Virus record (IMG/VR): IMGVR_UViG_2657245113_000004
Location: 1 to 64,000 of that record
DNA length: 64,000 nucleotides
DNA from: an uncultured virus (IMG/VR IMGVR_UViG_2657245113_000004)
Taxonomy: Duplodnaviria; Heunggongvirae; Uroviricota; Caudoviricetes
Direction: 5' to 3' (one strand)
Below are positions 38,474 to 46,865 of this stretch, in pieces. Every line of letters begins with the position of its first letter. The first letter of the stretch is position 1. Made by a program: the position numbers and the translations under genes. Below the pieces are notes generated by a model, which saw only the letters and a list, made by a program, of their open reading frames with translations, did no database searches and was not told the DNA's origin.

Positions 38474-39576
38474 CCAAAGGATTCCGTGCGGGTCGTGATG
38501 CTGCGGCACTCTCTGAAAATATTGAGGTGTTGACCGGGCAGCGCGGTGACGGTCGTCATCGTGCCGTCACTTATGCCGAGTTGGCTGATTTGGATTTAGC
38601 TAAGTTACGTGCAGGGGCGGGCGGTAAATTACAGCTCAAACCTCATCCCAATGATAATACTGGCCCGGCCCCCTCTTTTCCCACTCAACCACGAAACTTT
38701 AAAGCCAACGGCGGTTTTGGCGCGGTACTGCTGGAATGGGAGATGCCGAATTACCGTGGGCATTCGCTGACGGAAATCTACCGCAGCACTGAAGATAACC
38801 TGGCTAATGCGGTGATGGTAGCCAGCTCGGCGGCAGCGGTTTATGGCGACCCAGTTGACCCGGGATGGCAAGGTTATTACTGGATTCGCTTTATTAACTC
38901 CGCAGGTATGGCGGGGCCATTTAATGCCAGTGAGGGAACTCCAGCCAAAACCGCTGCCGATATTGATGAAATTATTGACCTGATTAATAAGGAGATTAAT
39001 GAATCGCCATTAATCGGTGAGCTCGCCAATAGCGTCAATGATCTTGACCAGAACGGCGGCCAGGCATTTCAGAAAATGTGGAGCACCAAAGTTGATGCCA
39101 GCGGGATCACCGCAGGTATCGGGATTGTCGCAGGCATTGATGCTAACGGAAAACCCATTGCTCAGGTCGCCATATCGGCCAGTCAGTTTTTTGTCTTTGA
39201 CCCAAACAATCCTACTGATACCGGTTCTTATGCTATTCCGTTTTCTATTTCTGACGGGCGAGTAGTTATTGATGAAGCTGCTATCCGTGAAGCCACCATC
39301 AAAATTTTAAATGCTCAAACCATTATCGCTGATGAAGTTAAAGCGGGAATCAGCATTTCAACGCCCACGCTCAATAGCGCCACGATAAATAACGGTAAGT
39401 TCACAGTTGATGCCGCCGGTAATCTGAAGATTGGCGACCTATTCAGTGTTTCAAATACGGGAAGAATTACCATCAGGCAAGGTGCAGGCAGTATTGGCCT
39501 GGTTATCACTAACGAGAGAATAGAGGTTTATGATGAGAAAGGTGCGCTTATGGTTCGTCTTGGCAAGCTTGATTAG
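38470..39576 (+). CDS. Tail tip / fibre protein (Fn3 plus DUF1983-like)
   Basis: YYWIRFIN, AGIGI..SASQFFV, VVIDEAAI, VRLGKL C-terminus. Confidence 0.75.
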   Translation: MTKGFRAGRDAAALSENIEVLTGQRGDGRHRAVTYAELADLDLAKLRAGAGGKLQLKPHPNDNTGPAPSFPTQPRNFKANGGFGAVLLEWEMPNYRGHSLTEIYRSTEDNLANAVMVASSAAAVYGDPVDPGWQGYYWIRFINSAGMAGPFNASEGTPAKTAADIDEIIDLINKEINESPLIGELANSVNDLDQNGGQAFQKMWSTKVDASGITAGIGIVAGIDANGKPIAQVAISASQFFVFDPNNPTDTGSYAIPFSISDGRVVIDEAAIREATIKILNAQTIIADEVKAGISISTPTLNSATINNGKFTVDAAGNLKIGDLFSVSNTGRITIRQGAGSIGLVITNERIEVYDEKGALMVRLGKLD

Positions 39577-39642
39577 TTTAACCGCGTGTATGTCCGTGGG
39601 TAAGAATCCCCCTCCTGATTTTAACTTTAACGGTATCTGGCA

Positions 39643-40641
39643 GTGTCGCGCTACGGTTTAGAAGTATTCCGCCCGGATGGCACATCAGTGGTGATGGATA
39701 ACAAAACTACGGTCACTAAAATAGTTGGCATGGGCAGTAAAGGTAATTCATTCGGAGAATGGAATACGGGGATTACTATTCCTTCTGGCTATGACTATTT
39801 TCTTTGGATGTCTTCTTATGCCTGGCTTGATTACACCGTTAGTGGTAGTCAGTGGGTACCTGGTGGATTCGCTTATAATCAACCTTATTTGGATGCTAAT
39901 CGTACACTGAAAGTAAACTCAGTTAATTACTATGGTGCCATTCCATCCTCATATTATGGTGTTTATATCTGGCCTGCTTCTGGATCGGTGGGCGGTTATG
40001 GTATCCAATTTATGGGGGTTAATAACTTCACCGGCATTAGCAATATCAGCCAATTTTCTTGCCTGTTATTTAAAGGTGAAGTTGATATAAATGATGGCTG
40101 GCTACCCAGCTATATTAATCCGGCATTCGCAGCCGATCAGGTGATGTGTTATTTCTACACAACAGATGCCAGTAAAACCATTTGTATGTCGCCTGACCCC
40201 ACTGACCGCCGATATCGGGTTTTTTATGTCAATGGCGGTGGCGGCGCGACCATTAGAGCCAAGGTCTGTATTTTTGGTAATGGTGCGTTAAATCGCAGCA
40301 AATATGGCTTGGAAATCTATTCGAAACAAAATGGCTCAGTGGTTTATAACTCGGGCTACGATATTTTGGCCCGCCCTAAATTGGTTCCTTTAACCGGTGC
40401 AGCATTAGGCTCAATGCGCAGTGTTGAGGGTATTGCCCGACCAATGTACGCGCCGTGCAATATTGGTGCGATGTACAGTTACCCGTGGCAGGTTTATGTC
40501 TGGGTGAACAGCAATGGCACGCAGATTGGCCCTGCTTGGGGATGGGCCAGAAATCAACCGGCATCCCATGGCCCATTAACCTATTACGTTTCAAGTATCC
40601 CTATCATGGTGTTGGATGCAGCAAACTATTTTAAATTCTAA
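39643..40641 (+). CDS. Tail-tip accessory / receptor-binding candidate
   Basis: Repeated YGLEV/YGIQ/YGLEI motifs, aromatic-rich. Confidence 0.65.
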   Translation: MSRYGLEVFRPDGTSVVMDNKTTVTKIVGMGSKGNSFGEWNTGITIPSGYDYFLWMSSYAWLDYTVSGSQWVPGGFAYNQPYLDANRTLKVNSVNYYGAIPSSYYGVYIWPASGSVGGYGIQFMGVNNFTGISNISQFSCLLFKGEVDINDGWLPSYINPAFAADQVMCYFYTTDASKTICMSPDPTDRRYRVFYVNGGGGATIRAKVCIFGNGALNRSKYGLEIYSKQNGSVVYNSGYDILARPKLVPLTGAALGSMRSVEGIARPMYAPCNIGAMYSYPWQVYVWVNSNGTQIGPAWGWARNQPASHGPLTYYVSSIPIMVLDAANYFKF

Positions 40642-40990
40642 ACTGGCGCAAATCGCTAGCGATTCTGGTGATCCGGAACTCCTCATTCATGTCCAAGACG
40701 CCTGCCGTAACAAGCAGGCGTTTTGCTTTTCAGCGGACGATGCAGTGATAGTCCTGCGCCCGCGAATGAAAGAAGGCATTCCTTATGTGGTGGTTTGGCT
40801 GGGTATTAGTAGCGGGCAGCAAGGTTTGGTTAAGTACACCCCAGAGGTTCAGCAACTGACTCGGATGATAGGCGGGCGCTGGGCGGAGTTTTATACAGCA
40901 CGAAAAGGGTTTATCCGAATTGCGCGGCGTCTCGGTTTTGAGCGTCTGGTGGACGAAGATGGACTGATGAAATTCAAAATACCGGTTTAA
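40616..40990 (+). CDS. Hypothetical GNAT-like virion-region protein
   Basis: FYTARKGFIRIARRLGFE; precedes the ejection genes. Confidence 0.55.
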   Translation: MQQTILNSKLAQIASDSGDPELLIHVQDACRNKQAFCFSADDAVIVLRPRMKEGIPYVVVWLGISSGQQGLVKYTPEVQQLTRMIGGRWAEFYTARKGFIRIARRLGFERLVDEDGLMKFKIPV

Positions 40991-41009
40991 TGTAAACGAG
41001 TAGATAAGC

Positions 41010-41080
41010 GAAAGCCCCGAACTGTTAGCCGCAGTCGGGGCTTTCTACTTTCTGCACCTTGAAAAAGGCAAGGGAGAAGA
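41010..41080 (-). ncRNA. Putative antisense antitoxin RNA (ptaRNA1-like)
   Basis: Hairpin GAAAGCCCCGA..TCGGGGCTTTC at 41010-41045; minus-strand TTCACA-16-TAATAT inside the small ORF; transcript would cover its RBS. Confidence 0.5.
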
Positions 41081-41083
41081 TGG

Positions 41084-41230
41084 GTGAATATTAACCTAGG
41101 AGAATGGGTTGTGAAAGCTCTAGAACTGTTTGAACGAAGTAAAACACTCCGGCGCATGTATTACTTCACTGTACTGGTCGGCATTTTATATGGTGTGGCC
41201 AGCGTGCTATCCGTAGTTCGTTGGTGGTGA
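41084..41230 (+). CDS. Small 48-aa membrane peptide ending RWW, type I toxin candidate
   Basis: GGGAG RBS, GTG start, MNINLGEWVVKALELFERSKTLRRMYYFTVLVGILYGVASVLSVVRWW. Confidence 0.65.
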   Translation: MNINLGEWVVKALELFERSKTLRRMYYFTVLVGILYGVASVLSVVRWW

Positions 41231-41245
41231 AAATGGGAGGTCATT

Positions 41246-41881
41246 ATGGGCAAAGGTGGCGGTAGCACCGAGGTTAAAGAAACCTCTCAGGAACTGGCAG
41301 CGGCTGAAATTGCGGGTAAACAATGGACGCTGTACCAGAACGAACTTAAGCCAATGGAAAATCTGTTTATTAGCAAAGTAGACAGTATGAATAACGAGTC
41401 GAAATATGACGATGCCGCTGGGACCGTCAACTTAGGTTATCAACAGGAGTTTGGTAAGGCACGCCAACAGGCGGCTACTGAATTGTCTGCGGGGGGCGTT
41501 GATCCGAGTAGCGGTAAATTCCAGGGAACACTACAAACGTTGCAAAGTGATCAGGTGGCAGGGCAAATCGACACAACTAACCGAGCGCAAACCTCACAAC
41601 AGGATAAATATGTCGCCGGCTTACAGGATGTTGTCGCTATGGGTTCAGGGCAAAAAGCTGATGCACTGTCTGGTTATAGCAACATTGCCAGCCAGAGTTT
41701 AAGTAAAGCGACCAGCGATGCACAGAAGTCACTTAGCGACCGACAGGCAGTAGGGCAATTAGTTGGTGCTGCTGGTGGTATGGCCGCTCGTAATTATGGG
41801 GTAAAGGATGTCAGCAGCAAATCGACTTATGGTCTCAAAGACGTGAGTAGTAAATCCACTGGCATCTTTGGCGGCAGCTAA
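41246..41881 (+). CDS. Putative ejection / internal virion protein
   Basis: MGKGGGS start, Gln/Ala/Gly-rich. Confidence 0.7.
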   Translation: MGKGGGSTEVKETSQELAAAEIAGKQWTLYQNELKPMENLFISKVDSMNNESKYDDAAGTVNLGYQQEFGKARQQAATELSAGGVDPSSGKFQGTLQTLQSDQVAGQIDTTNRAQTSQQDKYVAGLQDVVAMGSGQKADALSGYSNIASQSLSKATSDAQKSLSDRQAVGQLVGAAGGMAARNYGVKDVSSKSTYGLKDVSSKSTGIFGGS

Positions 41882-41896
41882 TGATAGGAGGTAGTT

Positions 41897-42280
41897 ATGG
41901 GACAAGCATCTGATACCTATGCCAATCTTATTCGTGATCAGTATAACGATTGGCTCACTCGTTTTTATCCAAAGCAAAAAGAGCTGATGGGTTTGGCTAC
42001 CAGCGGCGAACTGATGAATCAGCAATTAACCCGCGTCAGTGATAGTTCTGCCAACAGTCTGCGTTCTGCTCAGTTGGGGACGCAAAATCAGTTGGCGCGT
42101 TATGGCACCACTCAGACGGCAAACCCGAACGATAACAGTTTAGGTCTGCGCTCGGCACTGGCCACTGCCGGGGCGAAGAATGGTATCCGGGAGGCTGAGC
42201 AAGATCGACAGATGAATATTTTAACCGGTGGCAGTGCAAGCCTACGTGAGCAAATGAGTATTGGCGGGGGGAGTCACTAA
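41897..42280 (+). CDS. Putative internal virion protein
   Basis: GGAGG RBS; lies in the ejection cluster. Confidence 0.65.
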   Translation: MGQASDTYANLIRDQYNDWLTRFYPKQKELMGLATSGELMNQQLTRVSDSSANSLRSAQLGTQNQLARYGTTQTANPNDNSLGLRSALATAGAKNGIREAEQDRQMNILTGGSASLREQMSIGGGSH

Positions 42281-42540
42281 TGGGATACGGACTGATTGAT
42301 GTTGCACGGGATACTCGGCAGCAGGCCATGCAAGGGCTGGGTGATGCTTCTAACCGTGAGATACAGCGCGAATCTGCCAATGAGCAGCTCAAATCCCAAC
42401 AGAAACAGAGCCAAATGAGCATGATTGGCGTCGGGGCTGGTACTGGCATGGCGGTGGGTGCCACCTATGGTGCTGCGGGTGGGCCGATTGGTGCGGGTAT
42501 TGGTGCCGCAGTAGGTTTGCTGGCCAGTAGTTTTTTCTAA
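42280..42540 (+). CDS. Glycine-zipper internal virion protein
   Basis: C-terminal GxxxG repeats. Confidence 0.7.
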   Translation: MGYGLIDVARDTRQQAMQGLGDASNREIQRESANEQLKSQQKQSQMSMIGVGAGTGMAVGATYGAAGGPIGAGIGAAVGLLASSFF

Positions 42541-42552
42541 AGGATCATTATT

Positions 42553-43944
42553 ATGGGCGTACAAGGTTTAGCAGACGGCTTCTTGGCAGGATTCAATACG
42601 GCAGATCAGGCGATTAGTCGTAATCGCGAGCTAGGTTTGCGGGATGCGGCACAACAGCAACAGGTTAAGGACTCTGACCGTAACTATGGCCTGGCGAAAG
42701 AGCAGGTGGATTGGCGCAAAGAGACCGACAGTCGTGATCATCAATATAAATCACAGCGTGATAGCGTGGGTGATGAGCAGTGGAATAAAAACTACGGGTT
42801 AGCGCAGGCGAGTCAGCGCACGGCCAATGCCAGCTTGGGCATGCGGGCGCAGGAACTCAATATGCGTAAGAGCGAGTTTAATTTCCAACGTTCACAGGCC
42901 GAGCGCCAGCAGCGCATGCAAGAAGAAATGCCAGTTGTTCAGGCGCTGTATAAGCAGATTGAAACCTCCGGTCAGGTTGACCCTCAATTATATGGGCAAA
43001 TTTCAAAGGATAATCCGCTTCACCCTTCTCGTTTCTTTGGTCAGGGAGCAATTGATAATGTGATGGAGATTAACCAGATTATGCCGAAGGTGCTTTCCGG
43101 GGAAATGAACTATAACGACCCGAAAGTATTAAAAACGATGAATACTGTGCTGGCCCCCTATATTGAACGCAATATTGATGAAGTCGATCCAGAGTCAGGG
43201 AAGAAGATTAAGAGCAAAGAGTTGGCTCATATTGGTATCAGTGAAGATGGCAAGTTTGTTATTCCCGGTCTGAAAGTCACTTATAGCGATGGTTCAACCG
43301 CCAACAAACCTATGACTCAATTCGGTTCCGCTGATGTGAATGATAACCAGGTAGCTAAAATCCCTATCGATGAGTTTATGAATAAAGTCAGAGGTTACAG
43401 CCAGATGGTTGGTCAGCTCAACCAACCAGATAGGGCCAAGTTCATTGGCAGCATGGTTAACCCGCCAGATAAAGCAGCTATGCGTCAGGAAAGTGAGGGC
43501 TACCGCAAAGAACTGCTGGATATTAGCAAAGATGAAGGTAAGCAACTGGCTGCACTGAATAAAGATGGTGCGATGATGGATGAAAAACAACTGACTGCTG
43601 CAAAACAGGAGATTAAGAGCAACTCGGAGCAACGCCGTCAGCAGGCCTCGGAACTCTACGGTGTTGGCGGGGGACGTAGTTCGCAAAATCAATCAGGTAT
43701 TGACCCGGCAGAGTTGGAAGCATTTGCTGGTGAGTACCAAAAAGAGTTTGGTGAAGTTCCCGACCTGAATAGCCCACAGGATCAGCAATTCTTTATGGCA
43801 TGGAAGCAAAAGCGGCAGCAACCACAGCAAATGACAGAACCATCTCAGAGTGCGCAACCTGGCGCTACTCAGGGTGGCCCCGTTCCTGATAGTAATACAG
43901 CCCAACAGTTAAGGGAGATTCAAAGAGTGTACCAGAAGAGATAA
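42553..43944 (+). CDS. Putative DNA ejection protein
   Basis: GLADGFLAGF N-terminus, Gln-rich coiled regions. Confidence 0.7.
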   Translation: MGVQGLADGFLAGFNTADQAISRNRELGLRDAAQQQQVKDSDRNYGLAKEQVDWRKETDSRDHQYKSQRDSVGDEQWNKNYGLAQASQRTANASLGMRAQELNMRKSEFNFQRSQAERQQRMQEEMPVVQALYKQIETSGQVDPQLYGQISKDNPLHPSRFFGQGAIDNVMEINQIMPKVLSGEMNYNDPKVLKTMNTVLAPYIERNIDEVDPESGKKIKSKELAHIGISEDGKFVIPGLKVTYSDGSTANKPMTQFGSADVNDNQVAKIPIDEFMNKVRGYSQMVGQLNQPDRAKFIGSMVNPPDKAAMRQESEGYRKELLDISKDEGKQLAALNKDGAMMDEKQLTAAKQEIKSNSEQRRQQASELYGVGGGRSSQNQSGIDPAELEAFAGEYQKEFGEVPDLNSPQDQQFFMAWKQKRQQPQQMTEPSQSAQPGATQGGPVPDSNTAQQLREIQRVYQKR

Positions 43945-43990
43945 ATAATTTTAGAGTAAAACTAATTGAATAAACGACGGCCGCATAGTA

Positions 43991-44006
43991 CTGTGTATGC
44001 ATACAG
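43991..44006. promoter_or_regulatory. LexA (SOS) box
   Basis: CTGTGTATGCATACAG fits CTGT-N8-ACAG and is preceded by TA. Confidence 0.75.
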
Positions 44007-44136
44007 CTATTGATGTGTACTGATGAAATAACCAGTAAGCAAATGTAAATAAGAAGAGCTACTATATGAAAAGTATGAGTTTTATTTATGGTTCATTTAA
44101 TTACTGATATTTATTAATCTAACTACACAGAGATAA

Positions 44137-45336
44137 ATGATGAAAGAAGATTCCGATAATCAAGATGTTACGTGTCCGGAGTGTGGAGCTAAGAAATCTA
44201 CAAAAGATGAAAAATGTATTTCATGCAATTATGACCCAACACTTGTGGCTAGTAGTGCAAGTTATCAAGCTAAATTTGCTGTAACAGCTCAGTTATTTAG
44301 GTCTGCTGGAAGTGTGATTCTTGAGCATAAATTAGGTTCTGATTGGAATCTTGGAAACAATGCAGCACTAGATTTCTTGATAAGAGTTGAACGAAAGTTT
44401 ACAAGAAAAAGTAAACACCATGGTTTTTTAGAAAAAGACACACTACCTAATGCAATTCCTCAAATATTGAAGAATTATATCTCAGGGAAGATTGCATTTA
44501 GAGCTCTTGTTGAAAATACGATGGTTAAAATGCGCATGGAAGCGAATAGTGACCGACAAGGTAAACCTTCTGGTGGCGAGGTTGTTTTCATTCATTATGT
44601 AACTGCTGAAGATTTACATGGCTTTGGCCGCTTGCTTGTAATTATGGTTGATAATAAAGGAGTTTTTGATTTTGATGAAAACTTAGTACCTAAGAAATTA
44701 AACTCAGTAGATATTGAAGCATTAAGACAAGCTGCGATGATTGATCTTAGTTTATTTAACGTAGCCTACCCTACAAATGATAGTGAACCATATGTGAAGT
44801 TTATAGTAGGTAAGTCGCGAAGTGAGTTTTTTAAACGTTCTTTAGGTTGCAATCCTAAAATAGATAATAAAAGAAGTATTGAAGAAGTATTTAAAGCATT
44901 AACTAGTTTCTCTAGAGATATGAAATTAAGTATCCCTGAAGAAGATGGGATTCGAGATCATTTAAAAAACTATGTAGATAAAAAAGCAAAAGACAAAGTA
45001 AGTAAAGCAATTACATTACAAGATATAGAAAGAGAAATTGATAGATTCTTTTGTGATAAAGAGAATATTAAAAATAAGTTTGTTGATTATGTAAATCTAA
45101 AAGAGTTTAAGGTAGACCCTGTTTTTGAGCCAACTTTTGCTTCAGGGCTTGCAGCTACATCTATTGCAGTTAATGATGACACTAAAAATTATGACTGTAG
45201 GATTTCCATTAATGCAATTGGTAATAAAGGTGAGGGGAAACCTATTGTCTTTGACCAGAAAAACAAGACAATAACTATAAAAATTAGTGATGATAATGTT
45301 CAGCTTATTGCTGAAACAATCAGAAACAAGATATAA
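44137..45336 (+). CDS. NdpA/YejK-like nucleoid-associated family protein with N-terminal zinc ribbon
   Basis: SGGEVVFIHY, LLVIMV, LRQAAMIDL, YVKF..SEFFKRSLGC; CPECG..CISC at the N-terminus; very AT-rich. Confidence 0.75.
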   Translation: MMKEDSDNQDVTCPECGAKKSTKDEKCISCNYDPTLVASSASYQAKFAVTAQLFRSAGSVILEHKLGSDWNLGNNAALDFLIRVERKFTRKSKHHGFLEKDTLPNAIPQILKNYISGKIAFRALVENTMVKMRMEANSDRQGKPSGGEVVFIHYVTAEDLHGFGRLLVIMVDNKGVFDFDENLVPKKLNSVDIEALRQAAMIDLSLFNVAYPTNDSEPYVKFIVGKSRSEFFKRSLGCNPKIDNKRSIEEVFKALTSFSRDMKLSIPEEDGIRDHLKNYVDKKAKDKVSKAITLQDIEREIDRFFCDKENIKNKFVDYVNLKEFKVDPVFEPTFASGLAATSIAVNDDTKNYDCRISINAIGNKGEGKPIVFDQKNKTITIKISDDNVQLIAETIRNKI

Positions 45337-45347
45337 ATGAGGGTATT

Positions 45348-46571
45348 ATGAATAGTACTGATAAGTATCAATATATTTTCGATATGTTGAAAAACAATAT
45401 ATTTACCTATCAGCTTGGCTATTTGTCTGGGGAACTATCTGGGAAGTACCTTTCAGATGTCGGTACTATTCAAGATTCCCTAGAGTTTTGTGGACTTATG
45501 AATTACTCCCCCCCAAGGGATAATATACTCTTCATTAGCTTAAAACTTCAAGACTGGAAAGGGGGAGTGGCACTTATTTATCATAGCTTAGATCAATTCT
45601 GGGAACAGATTAAAGATACATTATGTATCCCTGAACAGTTTTATTTGCTCCCAAGTAAAGCTTCGTCACTTGACGCCACTGATTCTGAAGAAATTATTAA
45701 ATATAAACTATATATTTCTATAATTAAAATTATAGCATTGACAGCAGATCATGAAATAAATAATGAGTTTGTATTTTTCATAACTGATGAGAATGGTGGA
45801 AAGAAAATAGATGTTAAGAATAATGCGACCAATGAAGAAATATTAAAAATTGAAGATGCAGAAAAAACCATTAAATGTCTTGATGTATTAGTGGATAAGT
45901 TGAATTTCAGTGACGTTCATAAGTCTGAGCGTAGATCAGTAACGCGATCAGCTTTAATGGAACTTTTAGAATATAGAAATGAATCTATTAATATGGCTGC
46001 CGTGTTGGAAAAATGTAAACATCTTGGCAGAAAGTATGACGAACTTTATGAGTTATATACAAATAGATTTTCAATTAATAAAATGCTTAATGAGTTGGAT
46101 GAAAAAAGCATAGAGTTTACAAGTAAAATTAATGAGTATATATCTTCTAGTCAAAACAAAGCGTTCACAATTCCTGGGGCATTGATTGCAGTCGGTGCTT
46201 TAGTTAAGGTTGGTGGCGTTTTAGAAGCATCTCTCATTATGATCGGTCTATGGATGATATCATCAGTTACAAAATCAGCAAATGAAGTTTATAGGGATTC
46301 CTATAATTCTCTTGAAATAATAATCACTAGTGCTTTTAAAAAGTATTTGCGATTTGATGAGGGAGATGAAGTTACTACAAGTGCAAAAAGTATAGAAATA
46401 GATCTTGTGAAAAAAATATCAAAAGCAAAGGCAAGAATAAAAAGTATAGATCGCCTAGCCGATGGGCTAGTAATTCTTGGTGCTATTTATTTATGTTTGA
46501 ATTTATTTTTCCCGTCTTTATCTTCAGGCGGATTAGTTAACCTGGTTAAAGAGTTGTTTTTTATTAAGTAG
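45348..46571 (+). CDS. Hypothetical membrane protein (coiled coil plus about 3 TM helices)
   Basis: 11 bp after the NdpA-like gene; hydrophobic segments in the C-terminal third. Confidence 0.8.
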   Translation: MNSTDKYQYIFDMLKNNIFTYQLGYLSGELSGKYLSDVGTIQDSLEFCGLMNYSPPRDNILFISLKLQDWKGGVALIYHSLDQFWEQIKDTLCIPEQFYLLPSKASSLDATDSEEIIKYKLYISIIKIIALTADHEINNEFVFFITDENGGKKIDVKNNATNEEILKIEDAEKTIKCLDVLVDKLNFSDVHKSERRSVTRSALMELLEYRNESINMAAVLEKCKHLGRKYDELYELYTNRFSINKMLNELDEKSIEFTSKINEYISSSQNKAFTIPGALIAVGALVKVGGVLEASLIMIGLWMISSVTKSANEVYRDSYNSLEIIITSAFKKYLRFDEGDEVTTSAKSIEIDLVKKISKAKARIKSIDRLADGLVILGAIYLCLNLFFPSLSSGGLVNLVKELFFIK

Positions 46572-46599
46572 GCTTCAACTATAGCTATGATCTAATCAC

Positions 46600-46720
46600 T
46601 TCTCAATTTCATTAAAGTGCGCTAAATTACCCAAAGATGCCGAAGTGAGCTTTAAAAAGCCCTTCGGTTTTTTTATGCACGAAATCTAGCCTCGACAGGT
46701 TCGCCTGTTGGGGCTTTTTT
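46600..46720 (+). promoter_or_regulatory. Late promoter pR'-like copy 4 plus two terminators
   Basis: TTCTCA-17-TAAATT-ACCC-AAAGAT, CCGAAG..CTTCGG-T7, AGCCTCGACAGG..CCTGTTGGGGCT-T run. Confidence 0.72.
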
Positions 46721-46865
46721 ATTCCGGTTTCCCCAGCACAACGCATGTGCTTCAAACCATCGAACCTGATTAGAAATGAGCCTTTGAGGAGCCAGTACGG
46801 TTGGTACGCCTCGATGGGCTGGTTTCCTATGCGCCAAAGGTTCATTTCTAATAAAGGAGTACCCA

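Noticed and set aside
44020..44034. Second LexA box CTGATGAAATACCAG
   Set aside because: Spacing is CTG-N9-CAG, one base short of consensus
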